Part shown: positions 54,673 to 61,233 of the stretch, in pieces
How positions within the stretch are numbered: position 1 is the first letter of the stretch
Layout of the letters: each line of letters begins with the position of its first letter
Assembly: GCA_934155165.1 (NCBI GenBank)
Contig: CAKPGS010000001.1
Span: forward strand, 1 to 61,233
DNA: 61,233 bases
Origin: an uncultured Clostridia bacterium
GTDB taxonomy: Bacteria > Bacillota > Clostridia > TANB77 > CAG-508
Reading direction: 5' to 3'
Notes under the pieces: model-generated
Seen by the model: the letters and a program-made list of their open reading frames with translations, nothing else
Told to the model about the DNA's origin: nothing
The model's database searches: none
Made by a program: the position numbers and the translations under genes

Positions 54673-56486
54673 AGAGCATCTTCCTCTTTTTCATTTTCTG
54701 TTGTTGTTAAGTATTCTAATGGTATTTTATAGAATTTTTCATAAACATTTTTCCATACTTCAAAGTTTTTGTCTCTCATTACATTTGTGTTTCCTTTTTC
54801 TGTTAGACTTTCACTTGGGTATATTGGTTCTTCAATATTAATTATATATTCTTGTACGGGGAAACCATCTTCTCCTATTATGTCGCTATCTTGCATTGTT
54901 ATAAATACTGGTATTACTGGCACATTGTTTCTTGCTGCCATTTTAAATGCTCCATTTTTTAATGGTTTTGGTTTTCTATAATTCCACCACATACTTTGTT
55001 CTGGGTATATTAAAATAAAGTCTTTCCTTTGTAATATTGTATCTACTGCTTTTAAAAATTCTATCATTGTTCTATTGCTAGAACTTAATGGTAATGTATC
55101 ACAGTTTCTAAAGAAAAATCCATAAAGTCCAGGGAAGTTTGTGTAGTTTCCTTCTCTTATAACTTTATATAATTTCTTTTCTTTGGCTTGCCCAGATTCT
55201 CTAAATACTTTTTCTATTGCGAAAGAATCATATGGGTTAAAGTGATTACAAGTTATAATTGCTCCTGTTTTTACTTTTTGTAAATTTTCTATTCCTATAA
55301 CTTGTTTTATAATTAATTTATTATCTTTTAATAAATCGTTTAAGAACTTCATTCCCATTTTATTTGCAACTTTATTTTTTAACTTGCTATAACGTTTTTC
55401 TTTTAAATAATCAACATTATCTGCTGTTAGTTTTATTGTTTCTGGGTCATCTTCAACATCAACATCGAAAACTCCATTTTGTTCTAAAACTTTTATTTTT
55501 TCTAGAACCTCTAACCTATCTTGAGATTTTTTTATTAAATCTTCTTCTATAGTTCTTCTAAACCTTCTGTCGTCTCCTACACAGTCACATTCTTTTTGTG
55601 CTAATGCTTGTAATTTTTTATATTGTTCCATATCTTGATATCTATCGCTTTCTGTATATGCTTCTTTTATTTTCTTTATCTCGTCTATGTATTCTGTTTT
55701 TTCTGCATATTTCCAAAAGTGTTCTTTATATAATACATTATCAAAATGCCATGGTTTATATGCTAAATTATAGTGTATTAGTTTTATTTCATCATCTGAT
55801 ATTTTATCTGTTGGCATTGGCATTCTATCCCAAGCTACGCTTATTATTTTTGTTCTTCCTTTGCACAATCTGTTTAAATAATCTTGATCTTGAGCAACTG
55901 AAAATTTAACTGTTTCTAGTAAATATAAAAACTTATCTAGAAAATCAAATTTTCTAAGCTCATCTAAATTCATTAAAAGAACTCCTGCATTAAAATAATT
56001 TCTATAATCAGCTACTCCAACAACTTTTTCTGCATATTCCTGAAATACTTTTGTGTTTTGTATTACATCATCTGGTGCAGCTGCTATTAAATTATCTCCC
56101 ATATTTATATTATATAGTTCTGAAATATCTCCAAGTACAACTATATCTCCATCTAAATAAATTGCTTTATCGTATTGTGGATATAAGTTTGGTATAAATA
56201 ATCTAAAATATGTTGTATTTGTATAATAATCTCTTGTATATAATTTATCTTGTATTTTTTGTATATAATAGTTTAAGTCTACAAATTCTATTTTTACATT
56301 TTCTGATTCATATTTTGCTAGTTTCTTTTTGTTTTCTTCTTGCATATTTGTATATAATATTTTTATTGAATAGTAATAATTTTTAGATGCATTTTCTGTT
56401 AATGATTGTAATGTTACTGCTAAAAATGGTGAGTATACATCATCAACTGCAAAAAATATTGGTATTACCTCTAAATTATTTTCCAT
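54669..56486 (-). CDS. Fusion protein: N-terminal GT8 glycosyltransferase plus C-terminal PlsC-type acyltransferase
   Basis: GT8 DxD context (YLDGDIVV, HYN...KPW) in the N-terminal ~270 aa. HX4D (CNHFNPYDS) and IYPEQS motifs in the C-terminal ~220 aa. Confidence 0.7.
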   Translation of the reverse strand: MENNLEVIPIFFAVDDVYSPFLAVTLQSLTENASKNYYYSIKILYTNMQEENKKKLAKYESENVKIEFVDLNYYIQKIQDKLYTRDYYTNTTYFRLFIPNLYPQYDKAIYLDGDIVVLGDISELYNINMGDNLIAAAPDDVIQNTKVFQEYAEKVVGVADYRNYFNAGVLLMNLDELRKFDFLDKFLYLLETVKFSVAQDQDYLNRLCKGRTKIISVAWDRMPMPTDKISDDEIKLIHYNLAYKPWHFDNVLYKEHFWKYAEKTEYIDEIKKIKEAYTESDRYQDMEQYKKLQALAQKECDCVGDDRRFRRTIEEDLIKKSQDRLEVLEKIKVLEQNGVFDVDVEDDPETIKLTADNVDYLKEKRYSKLKNKVANKMGMKFLNDLLKDNKLIIKQVIGIENLQKVKTGAIITCNHFNPYDSFAIEKVFRESGQAKEKKLYKVIREGNYTNFPGLYGFFFRNCDTLPLSSSNRTMIEFLKAVDTILQRKDFILIYPEQSMWWNYRKPKPLKNGAFKMAARNNVPVIPVFITMQDSDIIGEDGFPVQEYIINIEEPIYPSESLTEKGNTNVMRDKNFEVWKNVYEKFYKIPLEYLTTTENEKEEDAL

Positions 56487-56498
56487 TTTGTTCTCCTT

Positions 56499-57338
56499 TT
56501 ATCTTCTTTCTAATTCTTTATTTTCGAACTCTGCTTTTAATTTCAAATATTCATTTAAATCCTCATCAAAATAAAAACATTTTAGAATTTTATGCACTTC
56601 CTCTATGTTCCATTGCTTATAATTTTCTGTATGAGGATATGGCCTAAACATAAGTCTTTTACAAAAATGACAAATTACTGTATCTTTTTTATTAAACTTT
56701 GATTGTTCATTATAAATTCTTGGTAGTATAAGCTTTTTAGTTGTTGACCAAAATATTGCATCTTGATCTGCAAATAATAGCTTTCTTCTTTTTAATAAAT
56801 TTCTTGCTTTTTCTAAAAGACCTGTTTCTTTTATTTTTTTCATATTTAATAAAAGCATTCCAGCATTTATATAGTCTGGTCTAATAATCCAACAACCATA
56901 TTTTTCTTTAACTGCTGCATATTCGTAATTAGTTATATCAATATTATATAATTTAGTCAAATCGTTACCAACCATTATGTCTATATCTAAATATAAAATT
57001 TTATCTGGTATTTCTTCTATTTTATCTGCTAGCAGTCTTAAAAGCGTATATGGTGTACAGTAAGCATTCTCGTTAGCAGTTCCTAAAAATTCTTCTTCAT
57101 ATTCTTTTGTTACATCTATCTTTTTTACATTATTATTAATATTTTTTGATTTTATAACTTTATTTAAAAATTCAATTTGTTCATCTTCAATAGGCACATA
57201 TTCTGATTTTAATCTTGTTGCATCCATTGTGAATATATAACAATTAATATCTTCTTTTGTTCTATTTGTAATAGAAATTAATTGTGTTAGTGCTCCATCA
57301 AAAACTTTTTTATTTCCACATAAAAGTAAGTTTATCAT
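56499..57338 (-). CDS. GT8 family glycosyltransferase
   Basis: YLDIDIMV DxD motif and NAGMLLLN motif. 279 aa. Confidence 0.75.
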   Translation of the reverse strand: MINLLLCGNKKVFDGALTQLISITNRTKEDINCYIFTMDATRLKSEYVPIEDEQIEFLNKVIKSKNINNNVKKIDVTKEYEEEFLGTANENAYCTPYTLLRLLADKIEEIPDKILYLDIDIMVGNDLTKLYNIDITNYEYAAVKEKYGCWIIRPDYINAGMLLLNMKKIKETGLLEKARNLLKRRKLLFADQDAIFWSTTKKLILPRIYNEQSKFNKKDTVICHFCKRLMFRPYPHTENYKQWNIEEVHKILKCFYFDEDLNEYLKLKAEFENKELERR

Positions 57339-57412
57339 ACTATCCCCTAAACATTTTATTTTTCGACAGTATTATATATTATAATAAATAAAATTTCAAG
57401 TTAAAAACATTT

Positions 57413-57433
57413 AAGGCGTGCAATGCACGCCTT
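57413..57433 (-). terminator. Hairpin terminator after the spoIIQ-like gene
   Basis: AAGGCGTGC/GCACGCCTT 9-bp stem. Confidence 0.65.
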
Positions 57434-57435
57434 TT

Positions 57436-58239
57436 CTATTTTAAATATGTTGCAGGATCTACATTTACATTGTCTTTTAATATTTCAAAATGTAAATGTG
57501 TATCGTCTGAGCTTTCAAATATTGCTGTATTTCCCACAGTCCCTATTGTTTGTCCTTTTTGTACTTTCTCTCCTTCTACTACAAATTCGCTTGTTAATAA
57601 ATTTGCATATACTGTTTTAAAACCATTGTCATGTTCTATTGTTATTGTTAAACCATATCTTGGATCATTTTTTATTGTTTTTACAGTTCCGTCTGCTGCT
57701 GCTTTTACAACTTCTGTTTTTTCTGCTCTTAAGTCTATTCCATTGTGTGTTATCCATTCATTTAAAGTTTCTGAAAAGACTAGGTTTTCTTGTGCAAATT
57801 CTTTCATAATGTCACCTGAAACTGGTCTTTCAAAAGTAACTTCTTTATTTTCTTCTACTTTTTGTGCATTCGTTTCTTTTGCAGTATTTTCTTTTACTTT
57901 ATTTGTTGTACTTTGTTTTGCTGTATTTGTATTTGATGTTGTATTTTTTGTATTTTCCATATTGCTTGTATTAATTGCAATTTTTTCTGTATTTGTATTA
58001 TTTAATTCATTTTTACTTTCATCCACAGTTTTTCCTATAGAAGAACTAGCATCTTCTAAGTCTGTAGTATCAAGATTTGAAAATTCTTGCATACTTAAAT
58101 TATCAGTATTTGTTTTTGAACTTCCATATATAATGTATGCTATTGCAAATACTACAAGAAATAAAGCTATCGCTGCAGCTCCCCAATAATAGATGTTTAA
58201 ATTTTTATTCTTTTTTTGATTTCTATTTTCTCTTCTCAT
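57436..58239 (-). CDS. spoIIQ: Membrane-anchored M23/LytM peptidase, likely SpoIIQ
   Basis: N-terminal TM and an intact LytM motif pair (HNGID and HLHFE). It lies directly after spoIID and has an upstream sigma-F-like promoter. Confidence 0.55.
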   Translation of the reverse strand: MRRENRNQKKNKNLNIYYWGAAAIALFLVVFAIAYIIYGSSKTNTDNLSMQEFSNLDTTDLEDASSSIGKTVDESKNELNNTNTEKIAINTSNMENTKNTTSNTNTAKQSTTNKVKENTAKETNAQKVEENKEVTFERPVSGDIMKEFAQENLVFSETLNEWITHNGIDLRAEKTEVVKAAADGTVKTIKNDPRYGLTITIEHDNGFKTVYANLLTSEFVVEGEKVQKGQTIGTVGNTAIFESSDDTHLHFEILKDNVNVDPATYLK

Positions 58240-58271
58240 ATAATCCTCCTAAATAACTTTTTATTTATTAG

Positions 58272-58301
58272 GATTATTTCCAAAATTTTTCTTATTATAC
58301 A
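58272..58301 (-). promoter_or_regulatory. Candidate sigma-F promoter
   Basis: Minus strand TGTATA, 14-nt spacer, GGAAATAATC, compared with the sigma-F consensus GYATA / GGnnAnAhTR. Confidence 0.4.
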
Positions 58302-58360
58302 AATTATTTTTTTATTTTAAAAATCATAAATAAATAGAAATTTTCTACAATAACATAATA

Positions 58361-58383
58361 GGCGACCAATGGTCGCCCCTACA
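58361..58383 (-). repeat. REP-like hairpin, subfamily B, downstream of spoIID
   Basis: Identical to 49416-49438 (GGCGACCAATGGTCGCCCCTACA). Confidence 0.75.
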
Positions 58384-58425
58384 ATTTCATTCGTTATTTC
58401 ATAAGTTTATTATAATTACGTTTTA

Positions 58426-59427
58426 TTAATAATCTATTATCTCAACTCCTGTATAAAAATGTTTTATTATTTCTTCAAAATTTGAACCTTGTTTTGCCAT
58501 TGCATCTGCTCCTGTTTGGCTCATTCCAACTCCGTGTCCATAACCTTTTACATTAAATTTTATTGTTGTTTCGTTTATTGTGAATTCAAAGTTAGTAGAT
58601 TTTAATCCAAAAATTGTTCTTGCTTCTACTCCTGATAGATTTTTGTTTCCTACTTTTAGTGTTTTTATTCTTCCACTTTGTGTGTATTCTAATATTTGTA
58701 TTGCATTTTCTTCTTGCCAATTTATTTGAAAATCGCTGTATTTTTCTTTTACCTTTTGCTCTAATTCTTCTTTTGATAATTCAACTTCTGATGAGTATTG
58801 TGTGTAACTATCTTCTCCTGCTGTGGTTACAGACTGCAAGTATTCATATCCACTTCCTCCCCAAACATTTATTGGAATTTCTGTTGTTCCTCCACTATTT
58901 GAATGAAAGAATGCATCTATTGGTTCTCCTTTATATGTAATAATTTTTCCTTTTGTACTATCTACCGCACTAACTATTTTATTCCAATTTTTTTCTCTTT
59001 CACTTTCTTCCCATTTGCTTAACCTATCTTCCTTTGTTATCCATGCTTGGCAACATTTAGAATCATCACATATACTTGCACCTTCATGTTTGTTATTGCT
59101 GTGTATAATAGTATAAATTGTGTAAGTTCTTGCAACAACTGCCTGTGCTTTTAATGCTTCTTGCTCAAAACTTGCAGGCATTTCACTAGAAACTACACCA
59201 TATAAGTATTCATCTAAATTTATTTCTTGAATTTCTCCTGTTTTACTATGTAATAATTTTATTGTTGAATATTCTTTATAATTATATGGCGTTTTATTTT
59301 CTTCCTTTTGTGTTTCTGCATTTTCAGAAGTTTCTACTGTTTTTGTTTCAAATTTATTTGTAAAAACAAAAGGTATTATAAAACATATAACTACAAACCC
59401 TACTATATACAAAAATATCTTTTTCAC
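58426..59427 (-). CDS. spoIID: Stage II sporulation protein D (SpoIID/LytB lytic transglycosylase)
   Basis: N-terminal TM and the SpoIID domain pattern (EMPASFEQEALKAQAVVARTY, FHSNSGGTTE, GHGVGMSQ). Confidence 0.88.
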   Translation of the reverse strand: MKKIFLYIVGFVVICFIIPFVFTNKFETKTVETSENAETQKEENKTPYNYKEYSTIKLLHSKTGEIQEINLDEYLYGVVSSEMPASFEQEALKAQAVVARTYTIYTIIHSNNKHEGASICDDSKCCQAWITKEDRLSKWEESEREKNWNKIVSAVDSTKGKIITYKGEPIDAFFHSNSGGTTEIPINVWGGSGYEYLQSVTTAGEDSYTQYSSEVELSKEELEQKVKEKYSDFQINWQEENAIQILEYTQSGRIKTLKVGNKNLSGVEARTIFGLKSTNFEFTINETTIKFNVKGYGHGVGMSQTGADAMAKQGSNFEEIIKHFYTGVEIIDY

Positions 59428-59438
59428 ATTCTTCTCCT

Positions 59439-60158
59439 TTATGATATTAATTTCACTTTCATTGAATTTAATATTTTCTTTTCTATTCTAGATACTTGTA
59501 CTTGTGATATTCCTAGTATTTTTGCTACTTGTGTTTGTGTTTTATCTTTATAATACCTTAATAATATTATTTCTTTTTCTTTTTCTTCTAAATTAGAAAT
59601 TGCTTCTTTTAATGCTATATTATTTGTAATAATTTCCGATTCATCCTTATTTGATGAAATTCTATCTAAAATATTTATTCCATCTTCATCATTTAAATTT
59701 GTTGGTGAATAAATAGATTCTACAACCTGTTTAGATTCCATTGCCATTGCTATTTCTTCTTTACTTACCTTTAATTTGCTTGCAATTTCCTCTATTCCAA
59801 GTTCGATTCCCTTTGCTAAATATTCTTTTTGAATTACTGCAATTTTAGTAGATAATTCTTTTAAGCTTCTGCTTACTTTTACAGGACCATCATCTCTTAT
59901 AAATCTCTTTATTTCCCCTAATATGTATGGTACAGCGTACGTTGATAGCTTTACCTCGTAATCTGTATCAAATCTTTTTATTGCTTTCACAAAGCCCATC
60001 ATTCCAATTTGATATAAATCGTCTATTTCATAGCCTCTGCCTACAAATCTTTTAACAATATTGTAAACTAGGCCCTTATTATTTTCTACTAATTCATTAA
60101 ACTTTTCTTTATCACCTTGCTTTGCAAGAATTATATCCTTTGTATTATTTTCATACAT
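59439..60158 (-). CDS. sigF: Sporulation sigma factor SigF
   Basis: Sigma-70 regions 2 to 4 (YEIDDLYQIGMMGF, STYAVPYILGEIKRFIRDDGPVKVSRS). Follows spoIIAB. Confidence 0.9.
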   Translation of the reverse strand: MYENNTKDIILAKQGDKEKFNELVENNKGLVYNIVKRFVGRGYEIDDLYQIGMMGFVKAIKRFDTDYEVKLSTYAVPYILGEIKRFIRDDGPVKVSRSLKELSTKIAVIQKEYLAKGIELGIEEIASKLKVSKEEIAMAMESKQVVESIYSPTNLNDEDGINILDRISSNKDESEIITNNIALKEAISNLEEKEKEIILLRYYKDKTQTQVAKILGISQVQVSRIEKKILNSMKVKLIS

Positions 60159-60179
60159 AGAAATTTCCTTTCTCTTTAT

Positions 60180-60668
60180 TTAATTTGCTCTCATTGAAAA
60201 TTTATTTGCTCCATCAAATAAGTTTTCAATATTTTCAGGCTTTTTTATTAGTTTTTTCATTGTAACTTTTGTTCCAAGTCCTAAAACAGACTCAACTTGC
60301 ATTTCATCCATAAAACTTTCCATTATAGTAAATCCCATTCCGCTTCTTTCTAAATCTCCTTTTGATGTGTATAATGGTTGTTTTGCAAGTTCTATATTTT
60401 CAATTCCTTTTCCTGTATCAGAAATTTCTATAGAAATTGTATTGGCAAAAATTCTTGCAACAATTTTTATTATTCCTTCTGTATTTTCATAACCATGAAT
60501 AATTGAATTTGTTACAGCCTCAGATACAGCTGTTTTTATATCTGCAAGTTCCTCTATTGTAGGATCTAATTGTGCTGCAAATGCAGCAACAGTAACACGA
60601 GCAAAAGCCTCGTTGTTAGATTTACTTAAAAATTCCAATTTCATTTCATTTTCATATAAACTTTTCAT
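60180..60668 (-). CDS. spoIIAB: Anti-sigma F factor SpoIIAB (serine kinase)
   Basis: HATPase N-box ([10 protein letters not shown]) and G-boxes (DTGKGI, GMGF). Confidence 0.9.
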   Translation of the reverse strand: MKSLYENEMKLEFLSKSNNEAFARVTVAAFAAQLDPTIEELADIKTAVSEAVTNSIIHGYENTEGIIKIVARIFANTISIEISDTGKGIENIELAKQPLYTSKGDLERSGMGFTIMESFMDEMQVESVLGLGTKVTMKKLIKKPENIENLFDGANKFSMRAN

Positions 60669-60760
60669 TTTAAATTTCCTTTCTTTTTTAATTAATAATT
60701 ATTTTCAATGATAAATATAGAAATAAATATTATATTCAACTTTTTTTCTATAAATTATAC

Positions 60761-61087
60761 TTATATAGCAAATTTAAAATTATCATAAATGGGTATAACC
60801 TTTAGTGCTCCTGACATTTCCAAAATCTTTTTTGTACTTTTACTTACATTTATTAAGCCTAAATCTCCACCAAGCATTGTAGCAAGTTTAAATCTGCCAA
60901 GTAAAAATCCTATTCCGCTGCTATCCATGAAGTTAACACTATTAAAATCAAATATAACTTTTTTAGGCATATGTCTTTCAATTTCATAATCTATTTTCCT
61001 CCTTAGTTCTTCTGTTTTGCAATGGTCTATTTCCTCTGTTAATTCAACAAGCAATAACTTGTCCTTTTCTAGATAATTTATTTTCAA
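60761..61087 (-). CDS. spoIIAA: Anti-sigma F factor antagonist SpoIIAA (STAS domain)
   Basis: 108-aa STAS protein with the phosphorylatable-Ser motif FMDSSGIG. Confidence 0.88.
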   Translation of the reverse strand: MKINYLEKDKLLLVELTEEIDHCKTEELRRKIDYEIERHMPKKVIFDFNSVNFMDSSGIGFLLGRFKLATMLGGDLGLINVSKSTKKILEMSGALKVIPIYDNFKFAI

Positions 61088-61116
61088 ATTAATTACCTCC
61101 TCTTTAGTTTTTTATA

Positions 61117-61191
61117 ATTATACTCTTACTGGTAATTTTTTCCAATAGCAAAACATAGGAAGTTTTAGCGAAAAATAAGAACTTTTCGACA
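61117..61191 (-). promoter_or_regulatory. spoIIA operon promoter region with a candidate Spo0A box
   Basis: Minus strand TTGGAA, 17-nt spacer, TATAAT (61117-61145). A TGTCGAA 0A-box consensus lies at 61185-61191. Confidence 0.45.
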
Positions 61192-61227
61192 AAAAAATCC
61201 ACACATAAAATATGTGGATTTTTTTAT
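61192..61227. terminator. Terminator of the gene upstream of the window edge
   Basis: ATCCAC/GTGGAT-based hairpin flanked by A7 and T7 runs. Confidence 0.75.
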
Positions 61228-61233
61228 TTTTCT

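Noticed and set aside
1-61233. Search for CRISPR arrays, rRNA or tRNA genes, transposases, integrases or phage modules
   Set aside because: No regularly spaced direct repeats, no cloverleaf-capable GC-rich segments other than rnpB, and no ORF with DDE, tyrosine- or serine-recombinase or phage structural motifs were seen.

Overview
This is a very AT-rich chromosomal segment from a spore-forming, Clostridia-like Firmicute, read with the standard genetic code. About 55 real protein genes are present, and roughly 90% lie on the minus strand. Most are conserved housekeeping blocks.

Housekeeping blocks:
- hemW-whiA-prmC
- RNase P RNA (rnpB)
- rimP-nusA-ylxR-ylxQ-infB-rbfA-nrnA
- a nine-gene V-type ATPase operon
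- a GT4 glycosyltransferase, a glycogen-debranching enzyme, yvcK and murB
- gatCAB, divergent from a T-box-controlled aspS
- holA
- der-plsY-gpsA
- rpmF
- ctp-ylmH-dxs
- tig-clpP-clpX
- a GT8/acyltransferase cluster
- spoIIAA-spoIIAB-sigF-spoIID plus a spoIIQ-like gene

No CRISPR array, rRNA, tRNA or recognisable transposase or integrase is visible.

Unusual material:
1. A family of GC-rich hairpins carries a conserved GTAG(GG) head, which is REP-like architecture. At least nine copies are present, including near-identical subfamilies.
2. A small GC-richer islet (ParDE toxin-antitoxin plus an orphan gene) sits between rnpB and nrnA, bracketed by inverted copies of these hairpins.
3. The aspS T-box appears to have an AAC (Asn) specifier rather than Asp.
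4. An 87-bp GC-richer insert flanked by a 10-bp direct repeat splits a hairpin in the gatA-gatB spacer.
5. Three dispersed proteins share a pilin-like N-terminus that lacks Glu5 and carry adhesin-type C-terminal domains.
6. Several GC-richer orphan genes run against the strand bias.
7. One gene fuses a GT8 glycosyltransferase to a PlsC-type acyltransferase.

I did not find a clear multi-gene novel system. Functions are inferred from motifs read in the supplied translations, and no database search was possible.
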